Source: Penicillus capitatus
Taxonomy: Eukaryota; Plantae; Chlorophyta
Direction of reading: 5' to 3'
Assembly (NCBI GenBank): GCA_965649825.1
Contig: OZ287704.1
Coordinates: forward strand, 914,301 to 978,300
Length of the DNA stretch: 64,000 nucleotides
Of the stretch, positions 26,827-39,491 are shown piece after piece; positions within the stretch are counted from its first letter, which is position 1; each line of letters opens with the position of its first letter. Made by a program: the position numbers and the translations under genes. The notes below the pieces were generated by a model. It was not told the DNA's origin. It was given only the letters and a program-made list of their open reading frames with translations, and made no database searches.

Positions 26827-27647
26827 ATGGCCTGTCATCCGGATACTGGAGCCACTTCATATCGTAACACCACCCAGCGTAATGACGCTCTCCGTTCCAT
26901 ACCTTTCTTTTATTGTGCTTCCGTGCGTCTGATATTGAGTTCTGTAGCGGGACCTCAGAGCCAGATACGCTGCGGAGGGTGCAATATTCTGCTGCTGTAT
27001 CCTCAAGGCGCTTCGAATGTGCGATGCTCGCAGTGCGGTCACATCTCACCCGTCTCTATCGCAGGAGGTAGGCAAGAAGGAGAAATGATCATCAGACCAA
27101 ATAACGACGTGCGCATTAGGGCCGGACAGTGCCCAGTTGGTCTGCAGCAATTGCCGCATGTTGCTTGTTTATCCTCGAGGCGCTGGTACCGTACAATGCT
27201 CCATATGCCAAACACTGAACCCTGCTAATCAAGTTATCTCACACTTTAATGAGATGCATTTTGATCTGTCTGTGGTTTTGGGTGACAGGCCAATCAGGTT
27301 GCACACATTGTGTGCGAAGGATGTCACATCACTCTGATGTACGCCTACGGCGCGCAATCGGTGAAATGTGCCGTGTGCAACCACGTAACGAATGTGCCAC
27401 CGAGTCAGCTGCGGCTTCAAGCACAGACGTCATGTCCTACGCCGCAAGAGACTCAATTATCAAACGCTCCGCCATCACATAGAATGACTGTCATTGTGGA
27501 GAACCCACCGTCCTTGGACGACGATGGCAATGAGGTACCCATCCTCCTTCCGATCTACTAATGACTGGCTGACACACGTGCTTATGCACTCTTCCTATTC
27601 AGGTCCAAAATCTGGCTGTCGGTGTCAAGGCAGAAGCGGACGGCTAA
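26827..27647 (+). CDS. LSD1: LSD1/LOL-type zinc-finger protein (three C4 fingers)
   Basis: Three CxxC...LxYxxGAxxVxCxxC fingers, each on its own exon; C-terminal [16 protein letters not shown]|VQNLAVGV motif. Confidence 0.92.
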
Positions 27648-27907
27648 AAGAGTGCTATTTCCTAACAGACAACGACACAGCAACAATAAGAACTTTGTTT
27701 TCGGCGCATGTGTTATTATTCGTGCGGGGTGCCAATAATGAAGACAGGTCATGTAAATTCTCAGATTGGCATTTTAAATGCTCTCGTACGATCGCAATAG
27801 AATGGCGCTTGTTCACCGAGAAGAATTGCATTCGAAAAGGGTCCGCGCATCTCAAGTGCACGCTGCTCATTGACAGTACCCCTCTCTCTTCTGCGGTCCA
27901 TGTGGCA

Positions 27908-28861
27908 ATGTCGAACCCCGACACTGACCCGGCCACTATAGAAGACGTAACCTCAGAGTCTCTGAAGGTGAAAACAAGGCGAATGCTTCGCCTAACGGAT
28001 GAAGCTCCTCTTTCAGGATCGCATAGCCGCTTTGGCCGAAGGGCTCTCTTATTACACTCGCCTTCCGGAAGATGCTGGATGTCGACTGAAAGTGAGACAG
28101 TTCTCAGAGAAAGAAAGACTATCATATCTATTTCTCAGACCACTGCGTGCATGAAATCTTGGTATGACCTCGAAGGTGTGATTAAGATGACGATGGAGTA
28201 CATTCGGGAAGGGGTCGTCCGACAACCCGTCCCCCTTAAAGACTGTATCAAAAACAGCAAGTCAATGCTGGAAGAGGTGTCGTCATTCTGCCGAGATAGC
28301 GTCTTCCTGCAACAGCAGAACGCCTTTTAGATTTCTTTCCGTGTCAAAGTCTACGATGCGGCGATGCAGTGCCACGAAGCCACGTTTCAGGTGTTTCGGA
28401 CCGTATCGGATTTGGAGAAGTACCACGCACGTGTACACCTCCACAAGGCGACCACGACTCTGGATGCTGTTCTCTCTCTCGCGCCAGGACGGTTCAGAGC
28501 GGCAAAACGTGATCTGCTACATGCCCAAGCCGCTCTCCAGCAGTTTGATGCCTCCTGGAAAGAAGATCTCATCCAACGCCTATCACACCGGCCTCCGTGG
28601 ATCCCTGATGAATTCTCGCGTCAGTGTTCCCACTGTCAGAAGCCATTTACCATGATGCGTGGCAAACATCACTGCCGCGCATGTGGACTCGTTTTCTGCG
28701 ATGCCTGTACTTTTATTCTGCCATCGTTACCAAAACTGGTGCACTTTACATCGCAGCGTGTCTGCGTGAAATGTGAGAAACTCCATGCGCCATCGGCAGT
28801 TAGAAATCTCCATCAGCTGCAACACTTCTTACGAACCGTCTTTCCAGATCTTGTTTACTAG
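27908..28861 (+). CDS. FYVE zinc-finger protein
   Basis: WIPDEFSRQCSHC...RGKHHCRACGLVFCDAC...RVCVKC, containing the WxxD, (R/K)HHCR and RVC signatures. Confidence 0.85.
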
Positions 28862-28875
28862 GAGTAGAGAACAGC

Positions 28876-28880
28876 TGTAA
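28876..28880 (+). promoter_or_regulatory. TGTAA, chlorophyte-type polyadenylation signal of the FYVE gene (putative)
   Basis: TGTAA 15 nt after the stop. The same motif also lies at or after the stops of LRR-cyclase 1 (6304-6308), LPA3 (about 30141), RPS30 and UPL6 (minus strand). Confidence 0.5.
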
Positions 28881-28893
28881 CGTCGATAAGAAC

Positions 28894-30104
28894 ATGGTGT
28901 TATCATCATCCTGTGCATCTTCTCCCGGTATCCGTTTATGCCATTCGACTCCCCGTCTTCTCTCACAGAGGAGCAGGCAGATCGCGAGACGGCGGCGGGC
29001 GATTGTTTGTGCGCGAAGGGAGAGGTCCGAGGAGGAACGCATCGCCGGCAGGTCGACGTATTCTCCAGATTCTTTCGATGACATCGTGGAAGACGCTTGT
29101 GCGTCTTTGATTCGCGCGATCGAAGATGGAGAGAAGCGAGTGGAGGTAGAGTTTCCGCCACTTCCCTCTTCTGTAAGCGGTAACGTCATCCAGAGGATGT
29201 CATCACTTCCCGACACGGTGATCGTGCCTAGGCTACAAAGGCTCTTCGGACGATTTCATCGATGCCAACGCACAACTCGCTGTTAAGGCAGCAAAGATCG
29301 TGAGTACAGTGGCGATCGGATTTTGTTTGCATGGAAAACGCCTGTTATAGTTGACACAGAAGGGGCAGCGTGTCTCTCTGCTTTTCGCCGATGCGGCGGA
29401 AAGCGATCGGTCGCGTTCCAGATTCAGCTACGTTCTGGATGCCGATGATGGTTTATCGTTTGGCTACACCGGGAAAGGAATCCTGAAAACATTCACGACA
29501 TTGCTGGGAAGCAGCAGTGCATCCGATGGGCAAGATGTCGACAGGGTGGATGTCTTTATCGTCTTGAATCACAGTGCCATTGAATTGCCGAGTATGAAAG
29601 CATACGTGGAAGAGGTCGTCGCCGATCGGCCTCTCGTTCTGTGGAACTTGGAATTGGAAACGCTGAGAGGGGATCTAGGACTGCTGGGATTTCCATCCAA
29701 GAATCTACACTACGAGTTTCTATCTCAGTTCAAATCTGTTTTCTTTCTGCGTCTGCGAGATTATTCTAAGACCATCACGACAGCTCCTTTTTTGGTCAAC
29801 TACAGCGGAGCTCTCTTCAGAGAGTATCCAGGTCCTTGGCAAGTATGACTGTTCGAAGTTGAAGTCGGTATTGACGAGTGGATGGAAGGTTATGCTAAAG
29901 ACGGATGACGGAAACTACGTCTGCGTCGCTGAAGACCGTGTGCGTTATTCACTGTTTGATGTCAAAGAAGAGCTCATGTCTGCTGTTGGACTGAACACAG
30001 AAGAGGAGGGTTCAGCCATGAGTTTTCTCAGAAAGGGATACAAGCGAGCAACGTGGTGGGAAGAGGACCTTGATAAAGAGAAATCCAAAAACTGGAGAAC
30101 ATAG
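28894..30104 (+). CDS. LPA3: LOW PSII ACCUMULATION 3 / DUF1995 protein, plastid-targeted
   Basis: Arg/Ser-rich transit-like N-terminus; RVEVEFPPLP, GYKGSSDDFIDANAQLA, LWNLELETLRGDLGLLGFP, FLRLRDYSKT, YSGALFREYPGPWQV. Confidence 0.9.
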
Positions 30105-30305
30105 CGAGGCTTGTACGCACTTTACAGGACTGCCTTGGATTGTAAGGCATTTCTGCACACTCGATCCAAAAGGGAAAGGATGGAAACAATGCGTTCCAAC
30201 AGGACCATCGACCACGCAGAGATTCGTCTGCACTCGATCGACAGATGCGCTTTCGAACGAGAGAGGTTTCGGCACCAGAGCTGTCTTGTCATTCTGTGTG
30301 GTCGA

Positions 30306-30996
30306 ATGATGCAAAGAACGCCATGGGGACTCGAGTACTCAGTGCACGGTATACTCTCGTTTTTAGATTCGTTCAGCACTTGTTGAGGAACGACTCTTTA
30401 GAATGCCCACCACGACTCTCCAGAGAACTGAAAGTTGTCTTTCCGAAGATGGATGTACGGAGTATACGCGTTATTCCAACGTGCCAGAATGCGCAGATCG
30501 ATCTGACAAACTGGGGCGACGAAGTGGAAGCAGAAAAGAGCGCCTTGCTTCAGAAAGCACGCTTCTCTTCTATAGACTCCGATCTCTTGCTAAACGTCGT
30601 TTTCAGTTCTGCAGCTGGGCAGAAGAGCTCTGCAGGCGACTGATCGCAGTCGGTTACTGGGCAGACTATATTGATCCCTGTTCTGGGCTGCCGGTAACAC
30701 CCTTTCCATCGGCAGACTCGGAGGTTCACACACTTAGATGATGGACAAGACCTGCACTCGGCCTTATAATGAAGTAGAAGGGTTTTCGCTTCTGCTTGGG
30801 TACAAACAGTTCGATGCCGGTGCCTGTAAGGTGAGAGAAAGAACGGTGGGTGATCCATATGCAGAGGAAGAAAAGTGTATAGGTCATCGCACACCCAGAC
30901 TGGGGCGTAAATGTTTATCCAGCCACTCTATTTTCGACTGCTCCACGTTCTGTCATTCTTGATCAGGTGCAGCAAATGGAACCTGAGAATTCTTGA
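30306..30996 (+). CDS. MMADHC: Cobalamin-trafficking protein CblD (MMADHC-like)
   Basis: EYSVH|ECPPRLSRELKVVFP, IPTCQNAQIDL, GYWADYIDPCSGLP, AGACK|VIAHPDWGVNVYPATLF. Start may lie upstream (ATG 30180). Confidence 0.85.
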
Positions 30997-31710
30997 GGGG
31001 ACAAGGCGATAGGCAGCAGCTTCAGAGCGTTCAGTGCTGTGCTCTGGGTTTTGCTGCTTGGATGCCGTCACTGCAACCATCGCCTGAGTCTCAGGTGCGC
31101 TGCGGGATTTCGGTGAAAAGTGAAAGCCGATCTTCTTTTGGAGAGGCGATCCAAAAAACGTGTAAACAGAATAGAAATTCTCCTTTTGGATGACAAGAGC
31201 ACGTGGCTTCTTCATGTGACATCCGAACAGCGGAAAAAGTACTGGATGGATAGGCGCAGAGGTCTGTATCAGGCCTCTCTTGTTTTGCTCAAAGCATCGG
31301 CAGTTGTTGCACTTACCTATTCTGAATGACAATGGATCGCCAACATTGGAGTTCGTTCATAGCCATATCATTCATCGTTCTACATACCAAGCATCTAACT
31401 GGTAGGAAGGGCCCTGTGATTGACACCGATACGATAGGTTCCAGGAATATCTTCCCCCTTTCATAATTCCATTCGTGTGATTTCGAGCATGTTTAGAAGG
31501 CAGTGGTTGGTTCTTGTATTAAAGGTCTGTTTCTTGTTTACTACCCAAAGTCAGAACAAAATCACTCAATGGGGCAGAAGTGTTGTTGCCTAATGGGATC
31601 CCCAAATCCCCTACCGATCTCTTCTTGGTTTTTTTCTCAAAAGAATAGAAACAATGGATCTGGTGATCGGAGGATCTTGATATTGAAAACACCAGACTTG
31701 GAGTAGTGCG

Positions 31711-33039
31711 TTTATACGCTTTTACGGTTACGACATACATGGACTGTCAGCATCTCTGCATACCGGATCAAAGAAAAGCAGGGATTCTCCAGCTTGCAGA
31801 CGAAGGACCACGAGTCTTTGAGCATTCCTTGTTCCATACAAAGCTTTCAGAGTTAGCAGACAGCACCGACCAACAGTCTTTCACACTGACACTGACGTTT
31901 TCTTGGTCGTTTAGCAAATCGATCGCTTTGAACCAATCTCGGACATCATTCTGTTTCAGAGCAAACATAAAACAGCACAGAGCCTTGACAGAAGACGGAA
32001 ATCCATACATCTTTGAATCCAGAGCACAATGCTCCTGCAAAAGAGTATCCAGCATCGAGAGGCTGATCAATCGCTTACCGCTAGAAAGAATGTGTCTGCT
32101 ATGACTCTCTCGCCTAAAGATACATTTCTGGTCAAGTTTGTCAGGTAGAAGAAGAGAAAGATGAAAGTGAAGAGTGTCGGCACGTGCGTGTCCCAATCCA
32201 GTAACTGCAGTAGAGTCATCTCCCAAGGCACAAGCGTCTCTGACTAGAATCGATATTTCCAGTCAAAAGCGGCTAAGGGAAAAACCTCACCGGGAATCCG
32301 AGGACGTCGTCGGGAATGGAGCAGACCTAGAAGGACACATGACTCACGGATAACGCCATCATATGAACGGCGGTTGCTTTCGACCTCTTCCACTTTCCAT
32401 GCTAAGCGCACACAAGCCCCAACTGCCGCTTTGTACATCAGCGCATCGGTCTCGAGCTACAGATGCTGTCCAGGGAGGTGGTCAAAATGAGAGTGAGATC
32501 ACACTTCTGTCAGTGTAAAGAATCGGATCAAGTAGTCCGCAGCTAAGTATCGGGTTTGTTTGCACATTGCACATTCCCGGAAGTCATGGAACACAGATTC
32601 CAGTGCCTCCTTACGCAGTTGGCGTTTCTGCTCGTCCGGTGCTTCATTGAACACCTTGTCTGGCTGCCACATTCCTTTCTCCGCCAGACATTCGTTTCTA
32701 TCGAACACGATCGACATCTTGGCTCTCCGATGTATGTCTCTTGCAGCACCGGATCATTTCTTTGATCTGTCGTTGATCGAGGGTCGGGTTTTCGGGAGCA
32801 ATCTCCACGCGATGTGGTACGCGATGGAAGACGTATGGCTGTCTCGGTGTCGTGCTCTGTTTCAGGATCAGAGCATTGAGCAAGGAAGACTTGCGTTCCG
32901 TCTCTTTGTCTATGACTCGGCCTCGTAACGCCGGGAAGAAACGAGATTTCACGGAGCTGCGTTTTCGCAAGGCCACCGTCGTCTCCGTCTCAGCAGAGCC
33001 TTCCTCTTGCCCCGACGCTATCTCCTGCAGCGACAGCAA
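31711..33039 (-). CDS. Cyclin-fold protein (divergent, D/A-type-like), multi-exon; 5' end unresolved
   Basis: TRYLAADYLIRFF, VGACVRLAWKVEE, EVFPLAAFDWK (cyclin N box) and ALDSKMYGFPSSVKALCC (cyclin C fold). Confidence 0.6.
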
Positions 33040-33294
33040 GGCTGAGAGAGCGCCAAGCGACGGTGGAGTGCGACGAGCTGTGCGCAGGGAAGACGAAAAG
33101 AAGCCATGCGTGATCGGTTTCGCATCGAGCCAGAATTTTCGCCTCTCTTCATCTCAGACGCTTCACATTCAACGCGTCAACGTTCCGGAAAGAATTGTTA
33201 ATGTGGACAGAATTTGCATTTTTGCAACGTTCTTATGGTGCAGCCCATCCGTCGCTCGACAGCGATCCATCACTGTCTACGGTGGGTGGTGCAC

Positions 33295-36085
33295 TTAGGT
33301 GGCACAAGCTTCCTTTTCTGCCCGTTCAGCCACAGGCGGAACCGTCTCAACCACCTCCTCTTGCACAACCACTGCGTCTCGCTTCAGGGAAAGCATAGAT
33401 GGGTGCTTTTGTGCGAAGACTTCATAGACGTCGGCCTTCACCGCTGGTTTCTTCAATGGCTTGGCTGGGTATTGCAGGACGATCTTCTCAAGCTCTTTGC
33501 CTGACAGTTCTTTCTTCTCTAAGAGCATCTTGGATCCTGCCTCCAGTGCATTGGAATAGCTGGTGATGATGTCTAGGCTTTGTTGGTAGGTTTCCCACAG
33601 GATTGCGTAACACTCTGTCAATATCCTGCGCAACATCGTCGTGCGTTGAAGAGGAAGAAGAAGGATCAGACTTGTGCATCGTGGAATCGCAACATTGAAA
33701 CATGCCGCCTTGCAGTCCTTTGCCGAACACGTTCTCGTCAATGTTGTCCACCGTCACCTCAAAGTGGCGCTGAGTGCTTCCTGTGCCGGGTGTGATGGGT
33801 GCGTAGGAGGTGAGACCCAATTCTGATAGACCATAATTTGTGACGATCTTCTCTGCCAAACGAAAAGCGCGACCCAGATCTTTGGCGCCGTAGGATGAGG
33901 GTTCGCCATAGAAATGCTCTTCTGCTGCTCTGCCGGCCAAGATCACACATATGCGTTCCAACATCCGTGCTCGTGTCGTCATGGTGTAGTCTTCATCCGG
34001 GCCACGGAAGAAGACCGTTCGGGTGAACTCATGCCCACGAGCGATGATTGACAGCTTCTCAACAGCTTCCAAGCGCCCAGTGCGATCACGCAGGACCATC
34101 GCGACAATGCCTCGACCCATTTCGTGTACAGCAAAGCGTCGACCCGCTTTCAACGCTGCAGGCTGTACAGGAAGAAGGATACCATGAAGCACTCTGTCCA
34201 CGGCATTGTACACATCTTCTGACGTGATTTCATGTCCATCACGTCGAAGAGTTACCAGAGCAGACTCATTCAACACATTCTCCAGTTCAGCCCCTGCCAA
34301 TCCAGGCAGATCTCTCGCCAGCTGTAGCAAATCCACATCATTGGCAAGTTTATACTTCTTTGCATGAAGCTCCAGGATTTCGTGCCGGCTGTTTGTGTCC
34401 GGCAGGACGACCTGTATCTTTCTATCAAATCTGCCAGGTCTTTGGAGTGCAGGATCAAGAAGATCAGCTCGGTTTGTTGCGCCGATGAAGACAACGCCCG
34501 ATTCGGAAGAGAAGCCGTCCATCTCTGTCAGCAATTGATTCAGTGTCTGCTCCCGCTCTTCATTGGTCATGACACCAGCGTCAGCTCTTTTGATTCCAAC
34601 AGCATCGATTTCGTCGACGAAGATGATACAGGCCTGTTCTTGAGAACGAGCTCTCTTGAAAAGATCGCGCACTCGGGCAGCACCGACGCCGACAATAGCT
34701 TCGACAAATTCACTCCCACTCATTTGATAGAACGGCACGCCTGCCTCTCCAGCAATGGCCTTCGCAATCAGCGTCTTTCCCGTTCCTGGAGGACCTTCGA
34801 GTAAAACTCCCTTGGGTGGCTTTGCACGAACAGCTTGATACTTGTTAGGCTCTTTGAGAAACTGCAGCAAAGCATAAAATGTGCAAAACGGGAGATGACG
34901 ATTACCTCGACAAGTTGCTTAAGATCTTCGAGAATGCTATCCAGTCCTGCGATATCTTCAAAGAAGACGCCCGTTCGGCCATCTTTCCGTGCTCGTCCCT
35001 TTGACTGTGCAAACTCCATGGCCTGGACTTGGTCTGCAGGCATCTGCTTTCTCGGCTTGAAGACACCGACCATCAGACAGATGGCCAAGAACGTTAAAGC
35101 AAATATAATCATTGCCACTCTTGGAGCTATATGCCAGAAACCGTGTAAACTGGGCTCCTTCCGCGTCATTTGGAAAGAGATATCAATGAGCCCAGTAGCA
35201 GGCGACGTCAATCTCGAAGCTTCACTCTTTTTCAGGTAACCTCGATCCGCATACACCTCCTCCAGCTCCGTATCAGGCATCTTTCTCTGAAACGCTAACC
35301 CTAATCGCTCAAAGAGCTACATTCATGACCTCTGCTCTCTCTTCGGCGACAGCGATGGATGGGACCATACCTGCAGGTAGCCATAATTGTATGGACGCCC
35401 AATGTTCGATGCTCGATAGATCTGCGGAATGTCCACCAGGTCATGACGCGGAAACACATAATCTTCTTCGTAGGTATCTTCTCCAGGATTATTCAGTTCG
35501 CACCAAACAGGTTCTTTGCCTTTCTCCTGGACCACTGCTCTATAGCCAGAGAAACTTGGCCGGAACAGACGGCCGCGATCTTCAAAGAACAAGATCTTCC
35601 ATTCCGTTGAGTTTGGATTGAAGAGTGGCGATCTCCAGTTTCGCTCCTCTACTCCTTTGTACAGTTGCATAAACGGTATTTGCTTCATTTTACGCCAACA
35701 CGGCTCCTTCGCCTCCATTCCTTCACCCAAACTCTCCAGACGTGCAAAGGCAATTTTCTCACGCGTCGTGCGACCCACTGCTTCTTTCTTGACGGCGACA
35801 TGATACTGTTTCAGATCTTCGAACGAGGGACCTCTTGTGCAGATGCGCTGAACGTCGTTCGCTGAGAATTTAGGGTTTGGCCGAACAGTTTCCGTTTTCT
35901 TTTGTGCCTCCTGTTGCGTCACATCGTCAGTCATGTGCACGCGTCAAGAGCTATCATCGTCACGCACCGCATTGACTGAAATGAGGCGTCGCCTCGGCTT
36001 CCTTCCCCGTCCGAAGGCCACCGTCTTCCATGGAAATGCACTGAGAGAGGTCGAAGTACCCATTACCTGTCGAGTGAGAGACGAC
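33295..36085 (-). CDS. Plastid FtsH-like AAA+ ATPase lacking the HExxH protease motif (FtsHi type)
   Basis: Transit-like N-terminus, TM segment, Walker A GPPGTGKT, Walker B FVDEID, SRH ATNRADLLDPALQRPGRFDR; the M41 region has HEMGR (34112-34126) instead of HExxH. Confidence 0.9.
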
Positions 36086-36296
36086 ATTCCATGTCGAGGA
36101 TAGCAAAACGAGCACTGCAGTGAATAGCACGTCACAGAAAACACAGTCGATGCGTCAAGGTCGCTGCTGGGAGATCGATTGGTGATGTGCCATCTTTGGA
36201 GATGATCGACCTCGTTTATCTAAGCCAAACGTCGCATCACTCTCAGCGATTTGTGATTGTGAGAGTTTCGAACCAGTCCGGCCACTCACGACGCCG

Positions 36297-39250
36297 ATGT
36301 CAGTCCCTCGCGCAGCCAGTGCAGTGAGCGACGTTGCTATTCAGTACGCCAAGAATTTGAGCTGTTGGTTTCGTGACTATATCACGGCGATTAAACATGG
36401 ACGTCTACATCCCTTTACACCGCTGGAACGCAAAACACGCGAAGCGACACGCAATGAGCCTTGGTATTTGAGCCGCTTCTCGTCAGCTCGTATTGAAGAA
36501 GTGTGGCGAAGGGGACCAACGGGTTGTCAGCTCAACGAGCTCACGGAAGCTTCTCTAGAAGCGAATAACTGCTCCGTCATTTATGTCTCACCTCTCGCAT
36601 CTCTGTCTGTGCTGCATATTGGTGATTCTATCTAGGCTGTCTTGGTATTTCGTTTGCACTACCCGTCAGAAAAGTGGAGAAATGTGTACAAGGTTAGTGA
36701 GCCACTGTTGTGACCTAGGATGCCGCTCATACTGGATATTTATCCATCTGTAGGCGTTACAGGTTTTGGAATTTATTTTAAGACGAGGAGGAGAAGAAGG
36801 TGTGAGACAAGCAAAGGAAGAGTTCCCTGACCTGCTGAAGGAACTGGAGTCATTCTCGTACATTGGAACGGACGGTCGCGATTACGGAGTCAATGTACGT
36901 GTAAGGCAAGCTTATGTTCAGAGAATCTTCTCATTCATGTATGATGGATGCCGTATTCTAGAGCGGCAGCTGTGGCGAAGCTGTTGGACGACGATGGAGC
37001 ACTCCAAGAAGAACGGCAGAAGCATCAGAGAACGAGTCGTAAACTCAAAGGCTATACACGTGCAGAGATGCAGGAAGCATCGACTGTGGACGATGTGGCT
37101 CGATCTAATAGTTGGGTGTGGTTCTCACACATTTCTCCTCCTTGCATCCTTCATGGCTGACCAGGGCGGACGAGAGCTTGTCAGAAGCGATCCGAGCGAT
37201 AACGGACGGCCGTCTCCCAATGGAGTGCTCAATCGGGGTGCTGGTGAAATGAAAGGCGTCTCTCTGGAAGACAATAAAAAATTCTTAGCAGAGTTGAAAA
37301 GCATTCTTTCACGGCCGGAAAATAAAATCTGTGCGGATTGCAAAGAGCAGATGCCGACATGGGCAAGTATCAACTGTGGAGTATTCATCTGTCTAAAGTG
37401 TTCCGGCATTCATCGAGGCCTCGGCGTGCACGTCTCCAAAGTCTGCTTGGCCAGAGCATAATAACAGATCTGACTGATGCTCTTTCTGTGCACCTGCAGG
37501 TGCGGTCTTGCACGCTCGATACATGGCTGCCAGAACAAGTTCAGTTTCTCTCAATGACAGGCAACGCTGTTGCCAATACCTACTGGGAGGTGAGGACTCT
37601 ATACAAGCAGACAATGATGATAAAATGTCCCTCTCTGATTCCTTGCGATGACAATGCCATGCTAATCTGAGCCTTGTCTGATGAAAGAAGCCTCTACATT
37701 TTTGTGTCTTGTTCTAGGCACAGCTGCGGCCACATCAGCGACCGACATCGGACGCAGGCCTTGCTGGGTTCATTCGCGAAAAGTATGCAGATCGACGTTT
37801 TGCATCTGGAACCTGGCCACCCAATGTCGACAAGCCAACGTCTGAAGCGCATGCGCCTGTTGCGGAGGAAGAGAATCGACTGCCGAGCGCACCGTCAGGT
37901 TCTGTTCTTCAGATAGGTCCACCGAAAGCAGCAGAAAATTCCCGACCACCAAACGATCTCCTTAGATTCGAGGATGAGGCATTTGCCTTTAAGGTACCCC
38001 CAGTCGATGCTTGTCTCGATGTCTTTACCGCTATATCGATGCACAGAACGAGGCGGGTCCGGAAATAGATCAAGGCGGTATGGGATCATCTGAAATGGCA
38101 TTAGTGGCAGAAGAGGCAGCGCAGGATCCGGCACGAGAGAGGACACTTGGCTTTGAAAACAGCGCTCTGTTTGAGCAGCGATCGACTTTTCTTCGTATGC
38201 AGTCTCGGTTGAATTCAATGAAGAGTGAGCAGACACCTCCACCTGCAGTACAACACCCTCCTGAAAGCTCTTCTCCCTCTCACCATGTCCGGGCGCCCAG
38301 GTATTGCCTCTCTTCCATACAAGCGAGAACATTTCGTGTCCCTACAGGAGTGAGCGAAATGGTTCAGAAGACGTCATTCAAACAACCCTTTTGGATTTTG
38401 ATGATCTGGAGAGTCTCTCCGAAACGATGTCGATGGCAAGTGCCAGACTCGTATTTCCTGGATTCCTACCCAAGCAACCATCTGCCAGTAGTAGCAAACC
38501 ACCACCTGGAAAACCGACGACACCAGAGAGAATGCGATCGGCGATGGCATCGAAGGAAATCCATTCGACCGTCTCGACGGCCACACCAAGGCCACAGCAA
38601 TCCGGAAGACCAGAACGCTCACCAGTAGTGGATCTACTAGATGCTCCTTTGACTCTTTCGCCGCCGATTGGCATCGAGGCAATGAATCAACAGGATGATC
38701 CCTTTAGCTTTATGTCGTCCGTGGAGCCTCTTCTCGTTCAGCAGAACACAGAGAGAGAACGCATGAGGTCGACTCAAGTACAAAACCAAGCACTTGGACC
38801 ATGGACACAGTCCGAAGCATTCCCCGCAGCCGTACCTGTACATCAGCCGCATGCATCCCTTTCGTCCCCACCCCAGTCACAGACCCAGTTGCATGCAGCG
38901 TCGCAGTCTTCTGTTTTCTTTCGACCGCCAACGGCACAAGTGTCGCATGCACATGCTCGATCAGAAGGAACCGCATCTCATCCAGTGACCGATGGCTTCA
39001 CCATCACACCTGTACGGTCTAAACAGTCCTTCTCGTCACGATCAAAGGATCGAGGTGGTCTTCCAATGAATCAGCAGACAGTGTCGACACCGAAGCCCTC
39101 TGTCTTGAGTGATTCAGAACTGACGAGCATTCATGAATTATCGCGGCTGGATCAACTCTTTGTTCAGCAGATCGAGGACTTTCTGCATTTCGGTTACCGG
39201 TCTGTTTCGCATCAAAATCCTCCATGTCTGTGACTAGCATCGAAAAATAA
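36297..39250 (+). CDS. ENTH (epsin-like) domain fused to an ArfGAP domain, with a Pro/Ser/Gln-rich tail
   Basis: ENTH: KTREATRNEPW|G, KWRNVYK|ALQVLEFIL, FSYIGTDGRDYGVNVR. ArfGAP: NKICADC...WASINCGVFICLKCSGIHRGLGVHVSK|VRSCTLD. 3' end approximate (39233-39250). Confidence 0.85.
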
Positions 39251-39491
39251 CCTACTGATTCCGGCAATGAAAATTGGATTGAGCCTTGGTACATTTGCTT
39301 CTATGTGCTAGAGGACAGGAGATTCTTCTCCCTGCTGGGTGAACATGATCATGACGAGACGGTTGGAGCTGTCACATATCCGCGTCAGCCGTCCTTGGCA
39401 CGTCCGATTTCTTTCCCTTTGAAACAACAATCTCGGCGAACGCACGCGTTTTCGAAATCTGAAGCGAGGAGAAAGAGCGATCGTGGATATT

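Noticed and set aside
31000-31500. Strong gtaagt donor at about 31316 (minus) and short ORFs
   Set aside because: No consistent reading frame with a start; may be a UTR intron or non-coding.
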